The notes beneath the pieces were generated by a model. It searched no databases and had not been told where the DNA came from. It was given only the letters and a program-made list of their open reading frames with translations. Positions 36,463 through 47,171 of a stretch of 64,000 nt of DNA are shown piece after piece. The DNA is from Trichosphaerium sp. ATCC 40318 (taxonomy: Eukaryota; Protista; Tubulinea): contig JALMLS010000420.1 of the NCBI GenBank assembly GCA_038496445.1, positions 708,880 to 772,879 of the forward strand. The letters run 5' to 3'. The position numbers and the translations under genes were made by a program. Numbering within the stretch: position 1 is the first letter of the stretch; every line of letters starts with the position of its first letter.

Positions 36463-39128
36463 ATGGCAGCCTTGGATACGCCCAAAAAGCCAACAAAAAC
36501 CCATTTTAGCGTAATCAACATCTCATGATAGTAAACGTGCTTATTCCGCCATTTAGGAAGAGCCTACTCTTTATTCAGTGCCTTATGACGTAATAACCGA
36601 GATTATGTTGTATTTAAGCACCAAAAACGTATTTACACTGAGACTTGTGTCAAAGCGACTGTGTAGAACATTAAACGAGAAATCCTTCATGAAGGTACAC
36701 AAATTGAGTCCTTTATTGTAAGCCACGCGCAGCTTTATCCAGTGGTATTGAAGCGTTTGCAAATTAATTTGACTACTCCTCATCCTTTTTCCAGGGTATT
36801 GTGCCAATGCTTTTGCACAGCGACTTCTGGCGTGGTATTTTTGAGGAACAAAATGTTGTACGGTTTTTTTTAGCGTGACCAAACACGTGCTTTTTTATTT
36901 GATTTTTTAATCGCTAAACTACTTTTAAGCCAGACGAAGCCCGACCATGTTTAGACGCAATGATTGCTTTTTTTCTGAAGAATGTGTTTAATGTCGCTGA
37001 TCGACATGCAAGGCAAACTGTATTCCAATTACTTTCTCATTTTTTGGATGTTCATAGAGAAATGTATGCTATGGTCGAAGATGTATAACATTTAATATCA
37101 TGTTTGCATACTTAGCCACGTTTAGATTAAAAGAATGGCATTGGAGGCTATTGACAGCACACATCCAAGTATCAGGAGAGATGCCTTGTACAACACGATG
37201 GATTTATTGTTTATTTCTCGGTTTTTACTAACTTATTTACAGCAAGGTTTTGGGTGTTTATGCAATAGCAGAAAGGTTGAATAGTGAAAGAAAAAACGAA
37301 ATTTTTAGCCGTTTGGATGATGAGGATCAAATGTTTGATGTAGCTAGGTTTATTTATATAATGGGTACTTATTTTGAAGAACAAGATGACTGGGTACGCC
37401 TCTTTGTAATATTAGGCATTGAGTTTCTTGTATAGGTTGGAGTAAATCTAACACTGGAAAAGCTCTTGAATATAATCAATTTTGACGAGAAACTAAGGTA
37501 ACACAGCTTTAGCTTGCTACCAAAACTACTTACACGAGTGTTTACAGGACTAGTTCAATTCTGTTTCACCAACGAGGAACAGATTTGATACAAGCTCTAC
37601 AAACAGTATTAATGGCATTAGGACCAGATTATAGGTTTAGAAAACAAGGCATCTTGTCTGCCATGGTTAAGGCTATCAGAGAAAGTGATTTGTTTCCACG
37701 TTCAGCCCAAATAGCAAACACCATGAAGAGTCTTATTGAAGCAGTTGTTGCAGTAATTCTTGATACGGGTATGTTTCGTCCCTTTAATCTGTTCAATTGC
37801 ACTATTAACAGTCGATCTAGGGTACATAGGTAATGTGCTACATGGAAAACTAATGCCTGTTCTCTTTCAAATAATTCGGCATGAAGTCACCTGTGACGAA
37901 CAACAACAATTACAACATGAGGCAATATCAGCTATGCATTGTGTTGCTATACGTGAATACACCTTTATTTCACAGGCGAACATTAACCGCAAATATTAGC
38001 TTGTCCAACAATAGTAATCTATGAAGATGTTGTCCCGTTGTTTGTACAACAGATAAAGAATCAGAAAGTAACCGACTGGAAAGTGCGTTTAGCACTAAGT
38101 GGCAGAGGAGAACTAACCAACCTGTCATAGATCATTTGCGAGCTTGTTAATCTGATAGAATATCGTGCTTGTCAACAATCAGTACCATTTGTTAAACATA
38201 TCAAATCGGTGATGCAAGTGTTATTTGATGTTGAGGTAAATCAATTACTGTAAAGAAGTGCTTTTACCACAGCTGTAAAGCTATACATCCTTATATTACT
38301 TCGTTTCTTGCTATTAATAACCTCATACTAACTTGTGTTGTAGAAAAGAGTTGCTAGTGAAAAATGGTCAGACGTAGCTACTGAGGAAGCTGCTAAGGCT
38401 ACCTGTTTAGGGAGCTTAGGATCTTGCTTTGCATCTATTATTTCAACAGTTGGTGATGAATATGAACGTTATGTTGAATCCACTTTGAGATGTATCACTA
38501 TTATGCATACCACACTGCTTCAAAGTACACAATCTTTGGCATTTACCTTGATGGTGAAGGGTTTATGTGATGTTTACACAGCGTTTATTGAAAGCAAGTA
38601 TGTCAAGCAGCTTGATAACAGTGCACTACAGGAGGCAATAAATCTTGTAACACAAAAACATGCATGTGGTAAAGACAAACGCAGTTCAATAGCAAAGTTC
38701 TTAGGGTAAGCTCATTAAATCTGAAAGTCAAGTGTTTTAGTTTGCTGTAGCTTAAGTATTTCCAAGAACTGATAATCAAACTAATATTTCTTCAGGGCTT
38801 GCGCAACAATTAATGGCATGATACCTGCACTTGCTACTATCAAAGTACATACCATTTTAACAGAAATAATTAACCGTGGCTATGGTCACAACTTCAAGTC
38901 TGGCTGTGAAGCGAAGAGGACCTATGAGGTAACATATATTAATACTCTTGAGCTTACTGTGGCTAGATGATTAAGAAGGCTGCCACAAAGGAAGGAGAAC
39001 AACATCCCATATTTAACTGTTTTAATTGAGTACCAAGAGTAGAAAAAAGTCTTATGCTTCCAGGCAATGAACAGCTAACAACTGCTTTACAGTAGTACCA
39101 ACCGACATGTATTGTTTAGTATGATTTA
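36463..39128 (+). CDS. F-box protein with long helical (HEAT/ARM-like) C-terminus, many introns (3' end approximate)
   Basis: Exon 2 LYSVPYDVITEIMLYLSTKNVFTLRLVSKRL is an F-box; downstream exons are amphipathic-helical (LMPVLFQII...AISAMHCVA, LGSLGSCFASIISTVG..YERYVESTL). Confidence 0.65.
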
Positions 39129-39459
39129 AAAACATAAACTAAAAGAAAAACAGAATAGAACCATTTCCTGGATTACAACCTTGACTGTATTACTACAATA
39201 GCTTTGTATGTACTGTTACAATAGTAGTTAGGAAATTGTAGGAATGTTCTCAGATCTGAAAAGCTTAGCACTTGAGTAATGCTTGTATCATCATTTTGAT
39301 GCTGTTAGCCTTATGGACTTATGATTAAAGTGGTTAACTTCTTGATTCAAAAAATGTATTTCACTTAATTTACTATGGTCCTCTTGGTTCTCACCGACAG
39401 ATATACTTACTAACTCAACACAGTTTCTTTATAGTTTTATTAATTTTATAGACGTTTCT

Positions 39460-40692
39460 ATGGAGAGTTTAGACAAAATCAATTCAGTGTTTGCTGAAAT
39501 GCCTGTAGAGGTCATTATTTACATTCTGCAGTTAGTGTCTGTACTATCTATGCACTCAGTGGTTCATACATGTACATTATTTGCAAATATTGCTAGAAAG
39601 TACTTGGAATACACAAACAGGAGAGAAATTGTAATTAAAACAAAAAAGCAGCTTAAAAAACTGTTTGCAACACTCCCTCATCTAATCAAATCAAACAAGA
39701 TTATTCTCAAGTTCCCGATAAAACAAAAACACTTAGATTACCTACAAGGTGCATATTCAGTGCGACTTTACAAGAAATTTGGCAAGGATCTGGACTTTAC
39801 AAGCTTTAACATTGAGCATGGTTTGTATTTGGGAGGTTGTACGTCAGTGACTGATGCTCATCTTAAACAACTATCTGGAATCCACAAAGTATCGCTATGC
39901 AACACAGATGTGACTGATGATGGTGTTAAAGCACTAGCTGGCATTCATGCTATAAATTTAAATCGGTGTTCTCGCATCACAGATGATAGTGTTAAAGCAC
40001 TTGCTGGTGTTCATTCTATTGAATTATGTTGGTGTACACGTATTACAAATGATGGCATCAAAGCACTGGCTGGCGTTTACAAGATATGTCTAGATCATTG
40101 TAGTAATGTGACAGATGAAGGTATTAAAGCATTAGCTGGCGTTCATACAATCAAGCTTTATAACACAAATGTTACAGATGAAGGAATTAAGGCGTTGGCT
40201 GGTGTTCATACTATTAATTTAGGGTGTTGTCACGTGACAGATGAAGGTATTAAAGAACTCAAAGGTGTCTACGATATAATTCTATTCAACACAGCTATTT
40301 CAGATAAAGGTCTTAAAACTCTGAAAGGTGTTCATAGGATACATTTAGGCAATTGTAGCATTGGAGATACAGGGATCAAAGCCTTAGCTGGCGTTCATAC
40401 TATCAGTCTTTATAACACATCTGTGACAGATGAAGGTCTTAGAGCATTAAAAGATGTTCATGTAATTGATTTAGGCCATTGCAATCACGTGACAGATGAG
40501 GGTGTGAAGCATATTGCTAGCGCTAATACAATTAATCTCATAGGCACAAGCGTGACAGACAAAGGAGTTAACGCTATTAAACGTCTCAAATCATTGGCTG
40601 GTGTGCAATCTGTTAGTCTTTCAAAACCAAACAGTGAACATAAAACTAACACCTTAGATATTCACACTATTTATCATCAACAAGCACACTAG
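39460..40692 (+). CDS. F-box/LRR protein with about 13 AGVH-type LRRs, intronless CDS
   Basis: F-box FAEMPVEVIIYILQLV...VHTCTLF; repeats ALAGVHTIxLxxxxVTDEGIK. Confidence 0.92.
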   Translation: MESLDKINSVFAEMPVEVIIYILQLVSVLSMHSVVHTCTLFANIARKYLEYTNRREIVIKTKKQLKKLFATLPHLIKSNKIILKFPIKQKHLDYLQGAYSVRLYKKFGKDLDFTSFNIEHGLYLGGCTSVTDAHLKQLSGIHKVSLCNTDVTDDGVKALAGIHAINLNRCSRITDDSVKALAGVHSIELCWCTRITNDGIKALAGVYKICLDHCSNVTDEGIKALAGVHTIKLYNTNVTDEGIKALAGVHTINLGCCHVTDEGIKELKGVYDIILFNTAISDKGLKTLKGVHRIHLGNCSIGDTGIKALAGVHTISLYNTSVTDEGLRALKDVHVIDLGHCNHVTDEGVKHIASANTINLIGTSVTDKGVNAIKRLKSLAGVQSVSLSKPNSEHKTNTLDIHTIYHQQAH

Positions 40693-40855
40693 CAAAGAAC
40701 ATTGTAAAATTTTTGCAATAATCAATTACAAGTAAATTTGTAAACAAACTGGGCAAGGTTAAAAAGGTGATTCAATTTGCCACCTACGTGCTCAAGAGAA
40801 AATGTTATGACTTAATCATACATTAAGTTAACAGCGTTGGCGTACGTTCATTAGG

Positions 40856-43800
40856 ATGGCGAGTGGTATCATTAAAATGCTGCCTGAAAGAGTAAAAGAG
40901 CACGTTAGAAGTGGTGTAGTTATATACTCGCAAGCACAAGCGGTAGAGGAGCTTGTTCAAAATAGTACGAACCAAGGACACCTGATACGTTTAATATTGT
41001 TTCAGGTATCGATGCTTGCGCGTCGTGTATACATATAAGGTTTCTAGTTTTTGTAGATTTCGTTTACAATCTCTTTTAGTTTAAATCCTTCCAGATGGGG
41101 CTTTGAAGTGAGGGATGACGGAAGAGGTATAGTTTATGAGGACATGAAGGTAAACCGACGCTTTTTTCTTTTTTCGCATAATGTTCCTACTTTGTTGCTA
41201 GGCTATTGGTGCTCGCTATGGTACATTGGTTGGTATTATTCTTTTTAGGCTAACGCTTAAAGTTACTTCGAAGCTGTCTTCCATCCAAGATCTAAACGTA
41301 GTAACTACATACGGCTTTCGAGGAGAAGCTTTAGCGTCTATAGCCTCAGTGAGCACTGTTAAAATAATCTCAAAGTCTAAGCAGTCTTATAAAACTTTGA
41401 CAAAGACTCTTGGCCTTGACGAGGACAATACTGCTGTCAGAGAGTCCGAAGTTGGAAGACAAGGTATTGCTTTACTCATAGCATTCGTACAATAGCACTT
41501 GTTAACGTTTGTCTGTAGTTGGCACAACTGTGCAAGTCCGAGATTTGTTTTTGAATTTTCCTGTAAGAAGACGATTTAGTGCTTCTGAGAATACTATCTT
41601 GTTTATCAAACAACGTGTTGAAGCTTTAGCTCTTATCCAACCAGGTAACGATAACTTTGAGTCGCAAACATACCATCTCGTTTTAAATCGAGATTTTTTT
41701 GTTGTAGAATTACACATCACGTTGTACAATGCCGATAAGGGATCTACTTTGATAGACTCTGTGCAATATTCGTCTGTGTTGTTATCTTTTCGTTCTTTGT
41801 TCGGTAAAGCTGCTGCCTCGCACATGAAGGAGATAAGTTTTGGTACTTTAAAACAAAACTGATTTGGATTCTTCGACTAACACGTGATTTAGGTAGTGGT
41901 GATTATATTGTGGAAGGATTTTTAGAATTTCCACCGCTTCACAGGGCATCACGTGGAAAAAATCTTCAGTTCATTTGTATCATTTTGTTTTTGATAACTT
42001 TGAGTTTGCTGCTCTTGTCAGATCTTTAACTCAATAGACGTGAATAAGAGACATATACCTTCATCGAAATTTAACAAGCTAGTACAAGGCGTATATCAAG
42101 AGTTCTTGAAAAGAACGGAATCTAGCTCAGATATGGATCAAGTGCACCAAAAGCGTAAACGAAGGCGGTCTAAATATGTACTCAATATCAAGTGTCCAGT
42201 ATCGTTCTATGATATTACTATTGCACCTGATAAAAGAACAATTCACATGAAGGTATGTCTTTGTTTTTTAGTGCCAACCGAATTTTAAACGAGATAGGAC
42301 TGGGACAAGGCGTTGAGTGCTTTAAGTAGTGCACTTGATCAATACATTTCTGACTATCATGGTCATCATCCGTATGCAAAACTTCTTAAGGTATGTCAAT
42401 GATTTGGTTATGCTTTACTAATAGTATGCCGTAGAACCCTGAACAGCACGTACTAGAGAATACGCCTCGAACATTACGAAGGAAACTTGCGCAGTTCAGA
42501 TATGCAGAGGTATTTTTTATGTTATTTCTGTTTTTCTCAGAATCATAGAACACCGAAGATAAAGTTGCTCGGTTCAAGAGAAAGCACATAAACAATGTTA
42601 CTCAAGTGCCTTCTATTGGTAGAATTGATGTACTATCTCATTCATTCAAACAGTTGCATGTTAATGTTACTAGTGGAACTCACCTGGTTTGGATGAAGAA
42701 GACGGAATAATGTCGGAAAATATTGACCCTAATATGGTGCAGGGTATTTCTGATGTAAGAGAGTTAAGCTTTATCGGTAAACAAAGTTCATTGCTTCCCC
42801 TTCCACATCAAAAACCGCAATTGAAAGTTGGCGCTATGTTTAAGGCGAGTTAAATATTAATATGCTTTCAGTTTTTTTAATGCTTAAGAAGGAGTGGAGG
42901 AACCCATACAATCGCTTTGAAGCAGAGGTAATTAAGCCTCGCGATAGGTATAGTGGACTACCAGGGTACAGCGCTGTAGACAAAGCATCTATCCATAGCA
43001 TGATGGTAATAAACCAGTATGATAAAAAGTACATTCGTATGTTTACCATATTTTTTTTTGGAAATGTTCTAACCGACAGTTAGTTACGTTTTGCAATGAC
43101 ATACTGTGGGTTCATAACGTAATACTAGTATTTGATTAACTGTTAATTAGATATGTCATTGATCAACACGCAGCACATGAACGTGTTCGATTAGGTACGG
43201 ATTTTTTTCAACATTGTAGTAACATGTTGGTGTCCATAGAGATTCTTCAAGATAAGGTTGGGTTAACGCACGGATCTCTAAAACTTGGAACTAAGCCTGT
43301 ACATATTAAGGTACTAATTATCCATTTTGTCATAGAATTATCTTAGTCCTATGTAGAAGACAGTATCACTAAATGAGTGGAGCATATTGCAGAGGTGGTC
43401 TTACTTTATTTATGTGTTGCTCAATCTTGTATAGATTCCAACATCAAGTGGCATTGTTTGGATGGCGATATGAAGGAGAGAGGTGCAGACAATAAAAAGA
43501 ATTTCTCTGATATATTATAGGTGTAAAGATGCAATTATGTTGCATATTAAGCAACTTGGTACACTCTTAGGTGTACCACTCCGGGTACCGGATTTAATGG
43601 ACTTTGTTCATCACTTGCAACAACAAAAAGGAATTTCAAACCAAATACCACAATGTATTGAGCGTATCATTGCCTCAAAGGCTTGTAGGAGTACGATATA
43701 CACACTCTTGTTTCATTGATTAATTATTAGAGGCTGTAATGTTTGGTAAAAATCTTTCAAAGCAACAGTGTAAAGTGCTTGTCCATAGTATGGGTAGCAC

Positions 43801-43999
43801 TAAAAATCCATTTATTTGCGCTCATGGTATGAAAGTCAATTCTTTCTTTCTTTGTTAACATTAAAAAGGGCGACCAAGTATTGTTCCGTTGTTTCAGTTT
43901 ACCAAAATACGCAAACAAAATCGTAAACAATCAAAGCATAGGGACTTATCTTCACTTATATCAATGTCACGTTGTAAATGGTCACGTGCAACTAGATAA
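40856..43999 (+). CDS. MLH3: MutL homolog 3 (mismatch repair / meiotic crossover endonuclease)
   Basis: VRSGVVI...[45 protein letters not shown] endonuclease motif, IASKACR.AVMFG, PFICAHGRPS. Confidence 0.92.
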
Positions 44000-44540
44000 A
44001 TGAATAGAATCTTGGTTCGTCGGTCATAAGGTAAGCGTAATCAAACTGTGCCATTTGCTATGATAATTATTGAAATAGCCTATAGGTATGATATTAAATG
44101 ACCTGTTGGGAACACTGACATGAAGACAGTTTTTAATTGTGACACGTACATGTTAAAATAATTGCTACAAAGTTGTTCCATAATTTCAAATGATAAACAA
44201 TGTTTTTATTGTTTTCTTTCTTTTCTTGTTCTTCTTATTCTTTTCGTATTTGAGCTTGTTCGATTAACTTCAAATGATCAATTAATACGTAGAAATATTT
44301 GTTGAATTGCTAACATTCAATGAAAGAAAGGCGTTGAAGCTTCATGTGTTGCTGTCATACGCAGTTCTACGGGCTTCTTAACTCATCAATCTCTAAGCTT
44401 ATTTGCTTGCCTTAAACGCTTGTTGTGTCTTGTAACAAGCAGAAAGCGCTTGCTTTACTTGCAGAGTAACACAACTTATAGCAGTCTGACACTCGAACTA
44501 GAGACATAGTAGGGTTTATCTTGTTTTATTATTTGGTTTT

Positions 44541-46496
44541 TCAAGAGCAAGAAAATCTTGATGAAATTACGTTGTAGACTTTTGTGGAAAATGTCTTTGC
44601 CATATTAACATCCTTATCGCATTGACTGTTTGTACACCTGCCTTCATTCTTTTTTACTATTTCTATTAACTCAGGCATTTTTTTGGCATAATCACAAGCA
44701 AGATCTTTGTCATTTGAAGTAAAATGTATTCTCGCAAGATTTGTAATAGCAAATAGTTTTTGAGGAGTGTTAGGCTTCATATCTTCTAGTACCTTCTTAA
44801 GAGTTTCGACACCCTTAGTTTCTCTTCTATACGCTAATGCGTATACAGATAATTGTATATGAGCTAACGCACGTGAGTCAAACTCCAACACAAAAAAAGC
44901 GCAAAGTGACAACGTACCACTAACCGAGTTTGGGAAATTCTTTGAGACATAATCAAAATATTGCATGCCTTCGTCTATTCGTCCTTGGGTTAGCTTCTCT
45001 TGCGCAATGCCTGTATGTATATCTACAAGTACGTCTGAAGACATAGGATGAAGATGCCAAAGTAACAACGCAACAAACGTTATCTGAAGAAGTACAAGCC
45101 TATTTGCTTTAAAATTCAACACAGAACATAACCCAATTGCAATCGCTGCTAAGCGTGCTCCTGGAACAGGTAAGGATAATAATACTCCTGAAGGTACTAA
45201 TGTAATAGGTAATTTCATCCAAGTAGTTGTAAGTATAGTTGTAGGAAGATGCGAGTCAATATTAAAAGATGAGATAGCTTTTGGAATAGGAGAGTAGAGT
45301 AAATACAACGCCATCATATAGTAAGAGAATAAACCTATCCCAAGCCCTACTTGGTTGATTCCAAAGTGGAAAGACATACCAATAAATGCTGTGATATACC
45401 TCATCCATGAACCTCCCATGCCTTGTGTAAGTGATAACCACAGGAGAATAAGTAGAAGGCATTCTGTGAATACTGAAATATTTGCCATAACGAACCAAAA
45501 GTCAAATCCTAAAATCTTCGCAGCCACTAATGGCTGTACAACTGAGTTTGTCCATGGGCTAACCATACGTGGAAATAAGTCCCCTGATAGCCATTTCGCA
45601 TCGATCTTACATACAATAGTCCAAAAATAGACAAAACTGAACAAACAATGAGATGACATTACATGACACTTTTGTGAGAAAAAAAAAGGAAAAAACACAA
45701 ACTGCCCCAATTTGTTTTCTTTTGTTTTACCTTGTCTGTAGTATTATCAAAAGGGTAAGTTGCCTTTTATCATCTACTCCTTGAATACCAATAATAACAA
45801 GAAGAAGAAACAAAAAGTAATGATGCTGATAGTTGTCGATTTGAGAGATAAAATACAGAGCACCATTCAACATAGGTAAACTCCAAAGAGCATATTTCGG
45901 TGGCGTTCTCAGTATTACTACGCTCCTATACATAACATTATTCAATTGTAACCAACAAAGGTATTTAGAGTCCAATTAAGTGAATGGAAAGATGAATTCT
46001 GATGAATTCTGCTAAAATACGTACCATGCGAGATAGCTCTGCGTTATCCACATACTAGCCGAGATATTGCCACTAGAAAACCCAAGGGCTTCTTTAACGG
46101 TAGTATATAACGTCGTTTCAGTCAAGGTAGACGGAATAGTAAAGTTCTGCGCAATTAGCGCTAAATCACCGTGAGGTACATTAAAATCATCTAACGTTGC
46201 GTATTTACTGACTCTCGTGAGCTAAAAAAGCGATAAGTGTTCTCTATGCTGTTGGACCAAAAAAAAACGGTTATACGTACCTGTATGAACATGTCATTTG
46301 CGTATAACGCAAAGAATACTATAAAGAAAACGCCCACTACAGACGCATCTGGAAGGTTTAATGACAAACAGTTGTTTTTGAAATGTCTTCCCACTTTTGT
46401 TTGTTGTTGTATTTTTTTTGAACTACTCGCTTTATTGGCCTTTTCAGGGTTTCGCATAGCCTTTGAGTTACGGCTTCTATTACGGATGGTCGACAT
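44541..46496 (-). CDS. HTTM-domain (vitamin K-dependent gamma-carboxylase-like) membrane protein with C-terminal TPRs; start at 46496 or 46457
   Basis: FFALYANDMFIQ..DFNVPH, SQIDNYQHHY, VYFWTIVCKIDAKWLSG, GMSFHFGI...IGLFSYYM, then TPR-like helices. Confidence 0.82.
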
Positions 46497-46934
46497 TTCG
46501 CTAGCAAATCTGAAAGAAGATTAAGAATGTATGTTGACACCTTGTTGGTTTGTACCTAACCACGCTTTTTGGAACTTAGGTGCTAGTGATGGAGTTAGTA
46601 TTTGAAATGAAGCTTATGTACCTAGTTTTATGACTGAATCCTCTTTTACGTCTATAAATGTAACGCGACAAGAGTTTAAAAGTGACAGAGAGCTGAACAT
46701 GCCTAGTACGCACGAATACGTTTTAATGAGCGTAAAACTTAGTAAAAAGCTTTGCGTACGCCAAGTGAAACGCTCATCGTCAATCTCTAGCTGTTTTTGT
46801 GTCCAATTATTTGTGTAAGCCGTATAGTAATAACGGACTGGAAAATAAGCTTGACAAACAAAAAATAACAACCAAAATAGTCCTAGGAGTTGCTCAGAAG
46901 TATTTTCAAAAGCCAGCGTACGTGTGGTTTGCAT
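46358..46934 (-). CDS. Small HTTM-partner protein resembling the post-HTTM region of VKGC-like proteins (QxxxPxRYY...ERFxWRMF)
   Basis: Spliced: MQTT..LFWLLFFVCQAYFPVRYYY...DDERFTWRMFSSL...CRVTF...KAWLDLLAKCRPSVIEAVTQRLCE...KTTVCH*. Confidence 0.75.
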
Positions 46935-47171
46935 CAAACTTTAAAAGTCACCACATTTCTCTTAAACTGAAATTTACGCTTGGAGACAATAATAGCTTGT
47001 TGTAGAAGTAGTATTTGTACAGCGTGGTTTTGTAGGTTTAGGGCGGCCTGGGCTTTTTGGAAAGAGGTTTAATAAACACTTGCTATTCACTCCACGAGCG
47101 CGTTAGTACCAAAAAGAACAAGTTGACGTCAACCGTTGCATTTTCAGCCTCCGATTGGCCCAATAAGCGTT
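46935..47171. promoter_or_regulatory. Bidirectional promoter (HTTM pair / myosin) with back-to-back ATTGG and CCAAT boxes
   Basis: Divergent starts about 240 bp apart; CCGATTGGCCCAAT near 47151-47164. Confidence 0.4.
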
